A program made the translations under genes and the position numbers. From Raillietiella orientalis (taxonomy: Eukaryota): 64,000 nucleotides of DNA. Shown in pieces: positions 1 through 13,149 of the stretch. Position 1 is the stretch's first letter. Each line of letters opens with the position of its first letter. The notes under the pieces were generated by a model, which saw only the letters and a list, made by a program, of their open reading frames with translations, searched no databases and was not told the origin of the DNA. The stretch lies in NCBI GenBank assembly GCA_036172245.1, contig JAYWIR010000048.1, forward strand, positions 310,001 to 374,000, read 5' to 3'.

Positions 1-739
1 AGGAAATGCGTGAGTATTTGTAAAGCTGATAAACAGGCAGACGGGAAAAGCATCCACCGAAAGAATTTAAAGATGTGCCTCAGATATACACGAAGATATC
101 ACGAAGATAAGAGCAGGAAAAATTTGCTCGAAAAATTACAAGCACGGCGTGCTCGAGCAAGAAAACAGAGAGAGACCCGAAGAAACAAACAGGAAAACAT
201 GTGGGCATTTCCCCTTGAGGTAGAAGGAGGCAGCCACTTCTGACGAATCGCGCGAGCACAAGGAAGACGCAGACGAAAGAGCTGCACCGTGCGCGACCGG
301 CAAGTGCGTCGAGTCCCCCCTTTCTGCATCCCTTCGTGTCGGGAAACCGTCCGCTAGGACGCGACGGTTGCCTCGCAACGAAATTCCGTTGTCCTCCTCG
401 TCTCTCCGCCTTCGTCTTCTTCTTGCTCACGAGTGCGCCGGATGCATAGCCGGTGGTTCCCCGGAGGCGCGCGCAGATAAGGGACCGTCGTCGTCCCTCC
501 TCTCTCCGCCTCTTCTGCACCAACGCCGAGGGACGCGGACGTGCGAGCGCACCGAAAAAGTTCGCACCCGCTCGGCCCCATCGACCGTGCCGCACCTCGT
601 TGCAGGGGGGGGAACCCACCGCTCGGCGAGCAGGGCCTCATTGTTCGTCGTCCACGCACCGAGGGGCCTCCCTTACACGACCGGGGGGGGGGGATGATCG
701 CGAGCACCGAAAACGTTTCAGGCCCGGAAGGTTTCATCC

Positions 740-825
740 AGTTCCTCGAAAACGGATTCATTCCGGGATCGAACCCTCAGCCGTGCGGGCAACGCGCTCG
801 CAGCCATTAACAACGTCTCCGGAGC
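740..825 (-). other. Possible degenerate tRNA-derived (SINE-head-like) sequence
   Basis: B-box GGTTCGATCCC(GG) with a weak A-box-like gttgttaatgg about 30 nt upstream; no complete cloverleaf. Confidence 0.3.
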
Positions 826-1270
826 ATCGAAACCCAATCACCTGGGAAATGCCCTCCGCCTCGGCATTCTCGCATGCTGCCGAGAAGACCGGAACGGTGG
901 AGGGAACACGAGTGTGCACCTGCTCTCTCCACCGACCGTGGTCGACGTCCACCTCCTCGCCAGAACCGAGCACGGAAAACCAACGGCGAATACAGACTCG
1001 CGCCACGGGCCCGGCACGGGTTGAGGAAGAAACGGGGGGGGGGGGTCCGACCGGCTCGGAGTCGCCTGGCGTACGGAGGGAAACTCAGTCGGCAGTGCGA
1101 ATCATTCAAAGCACCACCACCACCACCTCTTGCCACTTTGAGACGTTCCAGAAGTGAGGCCAACGCATGCGCAGCATTTGGCCCGTTACCCCGACGTGCG
1201 TACCGTACTGCGAGTTCCCAGAGTTCCATTATCCACACTTTTACGAAAATTCTGCAAAATGTTACCGACC

Positions 1271-1310
<40 letters not shown>

Positions 1311-3552
1311 AAAAGGGATGGAAGCAACGTGGAACATCCTCTTTCGCTCTTGGCTCTTTTTTTTTTTTTTTTTGAGACAGGTCAGATTCGTAATGGAACG
1401 AAGCTCGCGCATTCAACTGCCTCGGAGCGCGTAAGTGGAATCAGAAGAACCTCGCAACGAAAATAGGGAATGCACACAAAGGCTGGTGCGCCACGATTCC
1501 CAGGACTCCCTCCCTCCCTGCTCCCGAGAATCGAAATTCACATCCGATCCGAGCAAGGATGCGCGTCGGAAAACGTCTTTGTTCCGGTCCAACAAGGGTG
1601 ATGGAGAGAGCCTTTTCGGCCTGCAGTTCGAGAGGCAGCCCTCTCTTCCGAGCGGCAGCGCTGTGGTGGCAACCGGCGCTGACCAGCAGCATGGACCCCT
1701 CCTCTCTCTCGGTGGAAAAAGTCGCACGAGTCCACAAAGGAGAGAACCCGCTAGGAATGCGGATGGCCAGAAACCAATGTGCAGCGAGCGGTGCAACAAC
1801 ATCCCGGGCAGCAGCAGCAGCAGCAGCAGCAACGTGTCAGACGGTAATTCGGACAAACCGTCAAAGAGGTTTGAACCCGATGCCATGCCTGTAATTCGAC
1901 CCGCGTGCCCACACGCTCCCAGGAAAGCCAAATCGTCCGCGGCCACATCCACTATGAAATTGCTCCGGGCGGCAGCACCACCATGGCACCACCACTCTCA
2001 TTTCGACACGGCAGTGCATCCACAGGAAGCCTTTCCTTCAAGCGACCCCACGATCACTTCATTACACGTACTGCAGCAATAAATAAAGCGCAACAACAAC
2101 GGGCAATGAGTAATAGCGTTTACTACTGGCGACAGCTTCGCCATGAGTTGCCGGGAAGAGACTCACGAGGTCCAAGCGGGCAGATGAGCCGAAAAGTTCG
2201 GAATTTTCAGGGTCGGAGGATCGGAATCGCAGCGAACGTTGTCGGATGCACCATTCTGCGTGGCCGCACGATTTCCAGGCCGAAGATTACTATTTTTTTT
2301 TACTCAACTCGTGAATCCTGGGTCCGAGCCGGGCAATTAAAACTGGCGATTCACCAGAGAGCACTGGAAAGAGGCAGTGCACCGCCTGGCAAGCGCGCAG
2401 AGTCCACGGCGAGGACTCGGGAAGGCAAAACAAGCCGGGATGAATGGGCGTAGAACAAAAACGGGGGGGGGGGAACCTCTTATTTATTTTTATTTTTTTT
2501 AAAGAAACCCTCCAATGCCACTGCCTTCCTCGTGCGAAAAGAAAAACCCGCGTCGGAACCCAACGGGGGCTTTCCGAGCACGATTCAGAAACAAGCACGA
2601 AAACATGCGAGGAGGAGGAGGACGACAGTAACGATGACGACGACGACGATGATGATGAATAACGAAAAAGAACACTCGTCGGTTCGCGAGCTCTTTCGCA
2701 GCCGTCTTTGGGGCCGAAACAGCAACGGGCGGCGCTGCCCATTTTTCCAAACTTCCGTACCAACGCACGAGCAATGAGCGGCTTTATAGTAAATAAAAAC
2801 GCGGTGAGCGCCGCGAGCGCCGCGCCAGCGCGCGCGGGCGTGCCGCGAGTTACCGCAGTTCGGCTGCACGCGCCCGCTCCGTCCGCGCTGGCGCCTCCGA
2901 CCTCGAAAAAATGCACGGCAAACCGAGCCAATCCGACGAATTTTCTCGGTACGCCACTTCGACGCGGATATCCGTTTGAAATCGCAGCCGGGGCTAAGGA
3001 AATGGGCGGAAATGTTGCAAGACAAACTGTCGACGCTAACGCAAAATACATCCGACATCTTTTTCATGTTCGTTCAAACACGATAAAGCAAACAACAGAA
3101 GGAAGAAAAAAAAAAAAGGTAAAAACAGGAAAAGAGGGGGGGGGAGAGGGGGAGGGAACGGAGGAAAGAAAGAAGAAGAAGGAAAAAAAAGGAAAAACAC
3201 GCACGCACAAAGAGCACGCGCGCAGATTGCGAACGCTTCGGATGTGACTTTTTTTGTGCGCGCAGTATCCCTCGCAAGCTTCCTCCTTCGCTCGGGTGCA
3301 CGAGACGTGTGCACCGTGGTGCGCATGCCGTGCCGGCGCAACAAGTGACACCCCAACAATGGCACCTGGCCCGTGGGGAAGGAGGGGGGGAGGGAGGGAG
3401 GGAGGAAGGAAGGAAGGAAGGAAGGAAGGACGCCAGCTTTCGATTTCGTCAAGCATCCGAGAGCAAGGATCACCGCTTCAGGAAACGGAAGACCCCGCAG
3501 CAGCAGCTGTACCGAACACGGGGGCGTCCACGTTCGCCTCAAGAATGTGCGC

Positions 3553-3627
3553 GCAACAATCGGCTCGCGAGCAACAATCGACTGGCGCGCAACAATCGGC
3601 TCGCGGGCAACAATCGACTGGCGCGCA
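3553..3627. repeat. Minisatellite, 4 x 18 bp in an alternating 36-bp higher-order unit
   Basis: gcaacaatcggctcgcg(a/g) alternates with gcaacaatcgactggcgc. Confidence 0.95.
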
Positions 3628-5041
3628 TCGAAATGCCGCTTCTCTCGCTCGACTGCCTTCTTTTCCTTTTTTTTTTTTTTTTTTTCTCCCCCTTTGGTTT
3701 TTTTTTTTGTGTGTGTGTGAGTGTGTGTGTGTGTGTGTTTTTCCCTTCCGCGTCAGAATTCGTCGACGTGTTCGGATGCAGTAAATAGCAACGGCGCTCG
3801 ACAGCAACCACACAAGCAAACCGAAGGCGTCTTTCTTCCTCTTTCTGGCGCTCGCAGGAGCACGAGCGGGCGCTTTTGATGCTGCACACCATTTTTCTTT
3901 CCTTTTTTTTTTTTTTTTTTTTTCTTCTTCTTCCCCCCTCCCTAGGAACACGAGAAGGCATCCGACGGAGGTAGCTCTCGTAAACAGGTTTTCGCGCGCC
4001 ACGGCAAAACGGAAAAAAAGGAAGGAAAAAAAAAAAAAAAAGGAAAAACAAAACAAAACACACACACATGCACTTACCCACCCGCCCATGCACACACACT
4101 ACACTCATGCACACGCACCCCACACACACTACACGTGCGCACCACATCACACACCACATACCACGCACACACACGCACACACACACACACTACACGTACG
4201 CACCACATCACACGCACGCACGCACGCACTAAAAAAAAAAGCAGTGAGGGGTTGAATGGGGGAGGGAGAGGGGGGGTCGAACTCCTCAGCGCGTTTCCCC
4301 GTGTGCGGCGATTCTCGTGCTCTAACGAAAGAGCCAAGCAAACCACTCGAGGATTTTTCCATTTTCCCTCTTTTAACGTTTCTTTTCCTTCCTTTTTTTT
4401 TTTTTTTTTTTTTCTATCCTTTCTTTTTTTTTTTTCGTGCGTGTGCGTGCGTGTGGCGCGCACGTTGTTTTTCCGTCCTCACCGCATCTTCTGGCACCCC
4501 GAACTCACCTTCTGAGAACGCGTAAAATTTCACACCTTCAACACTTCCTACGCATCCTTTCCAACGTCCCGACGACACTTTTTTCTTCCCGCCTTTTTTT
4601 TGTTTTTTTTGTTTTTTTTTTTTCCTCTCTCTCTTTCCTTCTTTCCGCGGAAACACTTGCCAATGTTTCTTTCGCTAACAGGTGCACCCGGAGCTAGTGG
4701 TATTCTGCGTCGGCAATCCCGGCTGCTGCAGGAGGAGGAAGAGGCACCGCGCGTTCGCTCCACACTGGTTGATGATCACTTCCACGCTCCAACATGGCCG
4801 GAACAGAAACAACAGTTGTCTGGCTAGCGCGGAGGGGAAAGAGACCACTCCATTCCGCCGCTCAGAGCGCTTCCGACTTGCTCCGCTTATCGGTCGCGCC
4901 GCACCTTGCGACAAGTGCCGGTCGCCAAGACGTTCTGGCGCGCGCGAGCAGGCCTCCATCACGTGCGAGATAGGCGGGAGAGGCGGTCACAGATAAAGCC
5001 CGGTGGACACCAGCGCGCGCGCGGAGCGGCGGCGGCTCCGA

Positions 5042-5083
<42 letters not shown>

Positions 5084-5426
5084 GTGTGTGTGTATGTGTA
5101 CCCCCCCCCCCCTTCCTCACGAAAGGATGGGGGTGAGGGGGAGAGAGAGAGAGAGGGGGATGGAGGAGGCGGCGGCGGCGGCGGTTGCTGAGGGAGCGAG
5201 CGAAACGAGTCCCGGGGGCGGGGGAAGATACGAGAAAAATTATATGTATATATATATATGTATAAAAAAAAAAACAAAGCAAACAGACGCGCGCGTTATG
5301 CCGCTGCGCCCCCCGACTGGCGCTCCGATCGCTTCGCCCGGGCAGGCGACGTTCACTCCAGGCTCTCCACCGCGCGCGCGCGCGCTGTTCCGTGAGTGCG
5401 ACCGGCCTCCCGCGTGCGTGCGTTCG

Positions 5427-5462
<36 letters not shown>

Positions 5463-8400
5463 TGGGCGCGCGAAAGGTGCATAGGGAGCGCGCGAGGTAA
5501 CAGCCGCGAGAGGGGGGGGGGGGAGCGCCCCATCCCCTCCCTCTCTCTCGCTCCCTCAATTTCACTCGGGAGATGCCCGGACGAAACGCCTGAGGAGAGG
5601 GGGAGGGCGTGCGAGCGGCGGCGGCGGCGGCGGCGAAGGAACCACCAAGACGCCACCCGCTCCTCGTCCCCCCTCCTCCTCCTCTCCCTCCCGCCTCCGG
5701 TTTCCGAGTCAGCCAAGCGAACCTCCGTATCCGCCCGAGGTCAGGAATCTGCGGCGGCAGGTTGCTGCGGCCAAGAAAGGAATTTCCGGTCTGGGCAATT
5801 CGAGGGGAGGCAAAAAAAAAAAAAAAAACATGAAATGAAATAAAAATTCGTTTTCGTGCACCGCGTAGCTGCCCGACGCTGCTGGTGCTGCCGACGTCGC
5901 TCTTCCTCCTCCGCCGCCTCCTCCTTTTCCTCCTCCTCCCCTGCACAACCCGGCGGCGCACGCATACTCACCGCCGTCTTTCACCCCGGACGGACGGGGG
6001 CTGCGCTGTTCTCTCCTCGCCAGCGGTCCTCTCGCGCAGGTTCCCTCGCCCTCCTCCTCCTCCTCCTTTTCTTCCCCTCCTTTTCTTTTTCCTTTTCCTT
6101 TTTTTTTTTTTTTTTTTTTTTTTTCTTCTCTCTTCTCTTTAACGACCCTCCCCCCGGATTATTCCGCAAGAGGGGACAACAAAGGGCCAGCCGGAACATT
6201 CCTCCCCCTCCCCCGGTCCTTGTGACAAACGAGAACTCCGCCCGAGGAGCCCAGCCTCTTCCGCGCGCAGCAGGGAAGGAGCTCTCCCTCCCTCCTTCCC
6301 TCCCTCCACACCCCTCTCTCTCTCTCGTGAGCGCGCCCGCGCTCATCTCTCCCTTCCATCCCTCCTCCTACCGGAGCCGCCGCTGGTGATGGTGCGCGCC
6401 GCTTCAAGGATCACGCGAGACGTCACGGGGTCGTGTCAGCGCTTGGAATTCCTTCTCTACCCCTTCCTCTCCCCCCCCCCTTCCCATTTCCCCTGCCCCT
6501 CCCCATCCTCCGCGACCGCCGGCGCGCGGCAAAGGACTGCGGCGCAGGCGCAGCCCCTCGCCGCGCGGATGCAATCGCGGCCCGGTTTCAGCGGGGACTG
6601 AGGGGCCGCTTGGTCGGTCTTCCCCTCCCCCAAACCCCCCACCCCCGCTGCATCAACACCTTTGCCTTCTTCCCCCCTGCGGCTCCTGCAAGCCGCCGGC
6701 TGGGCGCCCGAGCGCGCCTTTCCTCCTGCGGGGGACGGGTTCCCCCGCCCCTTCTCCCTCGGGGAGCGGGAGGCCGGGAAGGGCGACGTCCCCCCCGTCT
6801 CCCCGCTCGGAACGCCCGGAGAAAGTCGCGGGCCACAGCCACCGGGCTGCTGGAGGCGGCGGCGACCGTCCGGACTTTCTTCCGAAGAAAGTGAAAGCAC
6901 GCGCGGGCGTATCCTCCGGACGGACACGCCCGCGGCCGGGTCGCCTGCGCCTGGAGGAACCCCTGCAGCAGCTCCTCCTCCAGCGCGCGCCTGCGCAACG
7001 GAGGTATCCCCCCCCCCCCCCCGTCTGACACTCCTGCGAAGCTCGCGCGCCACGAGCGGGAAGCCAGTGGAACCAACCATATAGAGGACGCGCCTCCTCC
7101 TCCCAAAGTTCCGGCAGCGGAAGGAGGAGGAGGGGTAGGAGAAGAACATGCAAGGAAGAACAGCGGCGAGAGGAGGGCGATCTCTACCTGCTCCCCCCCC
7201 TTCTTCCTCGTACAGTTTCCGGGATCCCCGAGGCGACCGTCCGCCCGTTCCTGGCGCTGCTGCATCCTCTTCCGGGCGGCGTGAAGGCACCTCTTCCAGG
7301 GAGGACAGACCCCGAGGGGGGGGGGGCAGCGATCATGCGGGACGACGGCGGCGCCAGGAGGCATCCGGGACCGCCGCCGCCTTGGCGACGCGGGAAGGCG
7401 GGCGGGCGGTGGCGGATGAGGGCTGCAGGAGAAGCCCGCGCGGCTGTCCCCGGCTGGGATGGGAGGAGACCTCAGGCGACGGGCGATAGGGGAACGACCT
7501 CGGGAGGCCTTGGGGGTTCCCGAGGCCCCACCCCTTCCCGGGGTCCGCGCCGCTTCCCTTTCCCTCCCCTTTCCCCCTCCGCCCGGTCGCCACGCGAATT
7601 CCTTGAGGCGCGGGCGGGAAAGGGGTCCCCGTAGGGAGGCCGCCCGCGCCCCGGTGCATAGGGAAGGGCGCGAGGCGACACCTTCGATGAGTCCGGTCTC
7701 CCCCGCCTGGAGACGGCACCGCCGACGCCGAGAAGGGGGGGGGGGAGCGTCGCGCACGCAGAGAGGGGAAAGGGAACAGCATCCGCATGGGGGAGAGGGC
7801 AGTGGGCCCTCCGACCAGTCCGCTCCCCCAACGGAAGAGGGGAAACCCTCCGACGGGCGTCGCCAGAGGGAGGGGAGCAGGCGGCGGGGTCGCTCCCTTT
7901 CCCGGGAGAAAGGGGCGACCTACGAGGCGGGTGGTGGGCCTTCCAAGGAGTGGCTTCGCGCCCCTGCCCTCCCCCTCCTCGCCAACGGGGGCTCCTCGTC
8001 GCGGCAGGGAGCAACGCATGCGCCGACCTCCCCCTACCCACCCCCTTTCGGACACCCCCGCTCTCCCGCCGACGACCCTGCAGCCCTCGGCGGGGGGGAG
8101 TCCGGTTCAGAAAGAGGAGGAGAGAGGGGGGCGGGAAGCCACTCCCTCATCTCCCCCTTTCGGCAGCGCCGCCGCAAAGGCAGTGCGCGCTTGCTCCTCG
8201 GGGCAAGGGGACCCCGACGGCGGGCCCGATCCATTCTTCGGGCGGGGCGGGCGGGGATGGAGGGCGAGGGAGAGGTCGGCGACGACGCGGACAACCTTCC
8301 CTTTTTTCCCCCCCGAAGGGAGTGGAGTCCCGAAGGACCCCAGGAAGAGACGACGGCGGCGGTGGGAGGCGCGCAGCAGCCGCCGTCGCCCGCGGACAGG

Positions 8401-11400
8401 TGCCCCTCGCCCCCGCCCCTGTCGCGGCCGCCCCTCTCCGGGGATGGCCTTCTGCCTCGGACCCCTTGGGGTGCGCGCACGAGAAAATGCCCTCCGGGGG
8501 GAATTCGCCGGCAGGGGGCTCAAGGTCACGGCGGGCTGGCTTCCCTCTTCCTGCAGGCACCTCCTCGCGCTCACCTCCAGCCTCCGCCGCGGTCCTTTCC
8601 GGGGAGAGGCGAGAGAGAGGCACCGTTGCCACGTTTCCCTCCCTGCCCTCTCTTCGGAGGGGGGGGAGGGGGAACGTCCGTCCGTCCCCCGAGCGGCGGC
8701 GGCCTCTTCCGCCGCTGCCCGGCGGGGCGACGCTCCGGGCGGGGGAGGGACGGACGCTCCCGCGTCCCGCTGCGCGCGGTCGCCCCGAGGCGCGCGCGCA
8801 AGGGGAGAAGGCTTCCGCCTTTTGTTCTTCCCCCTCCTCCCCCCTCCCTCACCCTTCACTATTCCCTTCCCGGAGGACGACCAAGAGGCGGGCCCCACGC
8901 GGAGGTCCTCCTGACCCCTTTTTTCTGGACCGGAGAGCTGCCGGCGGCGAAGGAAGGAGGGGCCGACGCGGACGCGACTTTCCGAGAAGGCGTCTCTCGG
9001 CGGGAGAGCTCCTGCGCCGCCACCCCTCCAGGAACTCCTCCCTTTTCTCCTCCCTGTCTTCCTCCTTGAGGATCTACCCCGCACACTCGCGGTCCCGTGC
9101 AGAGAAAAAATGAGGAGGGAAGGGACGCGGCCGGAGGCGCGCAGGATGGGGGGCACCCCCACCCCTCCTGTTTCGGGACGGTCTCCCCGTCACTCGCAGC
9201 AGCGCCGTCTTCTCGTCGCCATCCCGGAAGCACCTCCCTCCTTCCTTCTTCTCGAGGAAGGGGTCCCAACCGTCAATCCTCCCCCCCCCTCCTTTCCAGG
9301 AAGTCCTGAGGGCGGGCTTTGCTCACCCTCACCCCCAAGCAACCTCGGCGAGCCTTTCCTGCAACTGTCCGATGTTTCTTCCCGCTTTCTTCCTCCTGGA
9401 ACTATCCGCACCGCTCCGCACCGCAGCCAGGAAGCGGCGGGTTCGCCGCTCGGAACGCCCGGAGGGCACGCAGAGGCGTCTGAAGGGTCGGAGCGCACGA
9501 CGAAAGCACGCGAGGAGGCGCCCCGCGTCGCTGCCGCGGCTGCTGCTGCTGTGGAGGCGGTGGCGGCGCGCGCGCGCGCGCCTGACGTCCCAAGGATGCC
9601 TGACGTCAGCGCCGCTGAGGTGCAGCGGCGGCGGCAACAGCAGTGTTTCCTCCGCGGCTTCGAGCGGTGCCGTTGGCGACTCTGACTTGCAGGCAAGGGA
9701 AGGAAGCGTGGGGGGTCACTTCCCCCCTCCTCCCCTTCCCCTCCCGATGGGAGCAGAGAGCACGCGGACAGAGGAGAGGGAGACTCCTAGCTCTCCCCTG
9801 GGAGGAAGCAAAGGGCGAGCGCCCCCTGCTGCTCCCCCTGACGCGCGCGCAGAGGCGCCGGGCCGACCTCCGCCGCCGCCTCCGCGTCCGGGCTGGCGAC
9901 GGGTCTCCTTCCGCCCGTACTCCCGCGCGGCGGAGCGAGCGGGAGGCGCGCCACGACCCCTCCGCCGCCGGCGGCGCCAGTCACCTCCCGCGACCTGCTT
10001 GGCAGGGGCGCGGGCGGGCAGAAGGGAACCCCGCTCGGTTCCGCTTCCGGCGCCGAGCTCGACCCGAGGACGGCGGCAGCCGAGCTCCCGGGCGGCGGGA
10101 GAAGGCGTGTCCTTCCCGGCGTTCAACGGAACGCGGATCCCTCCTCGCCGAACGCGCGCCCAGCGACACGGCTCCGGCCGCTCGCCAGCACGGATGCAGG
10201 GTGCTGGCAATGCGGCAGATCCTGGCGCCGGCCGAAAGGCTCCCCTGCTCCAGGACGGGACGACGCGCCCGCAGCCTCGCGGCAACGACGACTCCCCCTT
10301 TCCCGGCAGCCTGCAATGGCGCGCAGCGGCACGGACGAAACCTGGGCGGAAGCAGATCTGCCCGTGGGCGATCGAAGCACGGCTGACCGCGTGCCTCCGC
10401 AAACGACTTCAAAACAAAACACACATGAAAAACAAATGCGTGTACCGTACGGGCTAGAACTCTTACCATTCTTGAGGGCCCAGCGTAGTGGGCTGTAAGC
10501 GTACAGAGAAGCGCATGCTACGAAGGCACAGCATGTACAAGTCCATTGTCGCTGTAGATTTTTGCAACATACAGCAGCATCCACTACGGAATGTACGTGC
10601 TGTACGCTACAAACGTGGACGCCGCATGAGCAGCGTTGCAGCACAGTGCGCTGAAAGCGCGGCTGCAAACGGTGCCGTGTTCTGTACGTCGCGCGAGTGT
10701 ACAGGGCCGGCTGGCGCTTCACCTGTCGCGAGCCGAGGAAGCCCCCGCGAGCGAGTCGCGGCGCGGGGAGCGAGCAACCAGCGTGCAGGACGGTGCACCA
10801 CCATCCACCTCCCCCCCCCACACACACACGCACGCACGCACGCACCGAGAGATCCTCGCGTCGTCGTCGTCGTCGTCGTCGTCGTCATCCGACGACTTGA
10901 GGCGCCGTAACCGACCACCGGCAAGGTTGTTCCCGCCCCGCCGAGTGGCGGCGGCAGTGGCGGAAAACTCGCCGCGCGCGCGAGGGCATGTGGATTTCCG
11001 GTTGCAGCAGCCGACACGCTTCGGTTCTCTCTGCCGCGAACCGGTTCTCTCGCGGATGCGCGGGCGAGCGTGCGTGGCTCCGGCCGACTCGTTTTCGCCC
11101 CCCGGGGGTGGCGCTGTCGCAATCCGGCAGGTTGCTCCTGCTGCAGACGGAGCGCCCGGGAGAGGGGTCGCGAGGGCCTCATCTTCATTTTTCTTTCGGG
11201 GACCAGGAGGCGACGGAGCCACGACGACGTTCGGGAACAGCTCTCCCTCTCTCTCGCGCGCGCGCACGCGCCCGAGCGACGAATCCAAAGGGATGCGGGG
11301 AGCCTCCGAGCGCGCCATCTATCGGGGAGGAGGGCAATTAGTGTGGCCGGGTAGGGGACGGCGGCGGCGCGCACGCGTCGGTTGGTGCGCGTGCGCTCGC

Positions 11401-12199
11401 ACCGTGTGGCACAGACGGGTCGACGCACAGGACCAGCCTCTCTCTTTCCCGGTGCCGTGCGGGCGGAGGGTGAGGAGCGACGGTTCCTTCGTTTGCGGTC
11501 GACCCAAAGGGGGGGGGGAAAAAAAAAATTCACGTTTTATCCTCTCCTCGCTGCTTGCGCATCCGACCCCCTCCTCCTCCTCCTGCCAAAGAAAAAAAAA
11601 GTCTCTGCGATTATCATTGCTGTTTTTTTTTTGGCCTCGGGTCATTTGCATAATGCCATGTTTAGGAAAGGATTCGGGCGCGTGAAGGAGAGCCCGGAGC
11701 GGTCGCTTCCCGCCGAACGTGGACCACGAGGCGCGCGTTCTACGCGGGGAGCAGCGCGAGGCGAAAGCGGGCAATTAGGTGGTGCCGGGCGAACGAGAGA
11801 GAGTGGACCCTCCTCGCGGCGCTCTTCCTCTTCCCCCACTCTTCGCGGAGGAGTCGCGGACCCTCCCTCTCCTTCTCTCTCTCCTTATCTGCCTGGATGT
11901 AGCGTGTTACGTCACTTTCCCTCGCGCGTCGCCAACGCCGCCGCTGCGGCTCGTTACATCCGGATTCCGCTTCTTGTCCGAGCTGAACGCCTAGGGCTGC
12001 GCCTCCTGGCCCGCGCTGCCCACAGATTCCTCGCTCCCCTTCGCAGCGCCCTTTCTCCTTTTCGGGAACGCCGGGGACCACGCCTCTCGACGAGTCGTTC
12101 CTTCGGTCGCGTCTCTCCGACGAACGGGACTCAGCGAGGTGCGGGGACAGCGAGAGCAGCAGGGAACCGTGCATCTCCGTTCGGGGAAACCATGAGGGT

Positions 12200-12545
12200 C
12201 AGCTAGGGTCCTCCATCTCCACCTCGCTTCCTCGGTAGACCTTCCCGGTATCCAAGAGAACAGCCGCAGAGAAACGGAAGAGCGCCAAACCACCACCACC
12301 GTTGCTTTCACGGTTATTGCTGTCAGCAGCCACTGGTGCTTTCTCCAGGAAGCTGGAAGGACTCGTCATCAACATGGAGGCCTTCCTCGGGTCTTCCTGA
12401 GCCGAACGTGGGGCTGTGCGTTACGACCACCGACGGGAGACTCTGGCTCACCTGCCGCGCAAATGCCCCGGTACGCCTGCCTTGTCAGCGCACGCGGACC
12501 ATCTTCTGCTGCTGTTCCCCGTGTCCACTCCGGCATGCGCACTCG
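12200..12545 (-). mobile_element. Possible non-LTR RT thumb fragment abutting the 3' end of family A copy 1
   Basis: Minus-strand RESNGGGGLALFRF resembles the GGLG/AL motif; otherwise degenerate. Confidence 0.3.
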
Positions 12546-12551
12546 ATTCCT

Positions 12552-13070
12552 ACCCGGGTGCGCCGGGGCGTTTATTTCAAAAATAAACATTACATGAGAA
12601 CTGTGGCTGGACCAGCGGTCTGACCTCACACAACTTAAAGGGAGTCTTCCGGATCCCCGGTTCTCAGACCGGCTCTGTCCACCACGGCAGCAGAGGGGAG
12701 GGGGCAAACAATAAGAAAAAAAAAAGAAACAAAAAATAATGGGACAGATAAACTTTAGGAGGTGAGAGGGAAGGGATCACTGTCTGGTGAAGCAGTTCCT
12801 TTGCATCCTCTGCAGGATGCCGGCAAGGTCTTGTTGGATATTCCTGTCCAGGTGGGGCCATCGCGTCGTCATCCTGATGAATTGGACAGCGAAATGGATG
12901 GCATATCTATCGCTGGGTCCTCCTGCTGCTCTGCTCCAGGCTGCGACGATCCCGCGTAGGCAGCACAAGGCTACCAGGGGGACCGCTGGACGAAGGGCGT
13001 TACGAACGAAGAGGAGTTTCAAAGCGTCCCTGGAGTTGCCTCTAGGGGTTCTTAGAGCCGCAGCAAAGCG
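12552..13070 (-). mobile_element. Non-LTR retrotransposon family A (L1/Tx1-like), 3' fragment, copy 1
   Basis: Minus-strand peptide LLFVRNALRPAVPLVALCCLRGIVAAWSRA..IHFAVQFIRMTTRWPH..LQRM aligns by eye with the copies near 14.3-14.6 kb (+) and 44.6-44.9 kb (-). Followed by a T-rich 3' UTR and the terminal motif AAATAAACGCCCCGGCGCACCCGGGT. Confidence 0.7.
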
Positions 13071-13149
13071 TTCCTAGAGGAGCCGGAGGGCAACACAGTC
13101 CACTAACAGGTGGGGGAGGGATTTACGTTCCCCGCACCTGATACAGTTA

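Noticed and set aside
12740..12790. Apparent QGDPLSP RT motif on the minus strand
   Set aside because: Alignment to the other family A copies places this segment at the ORF end and 3' UTR, not in the RT core.
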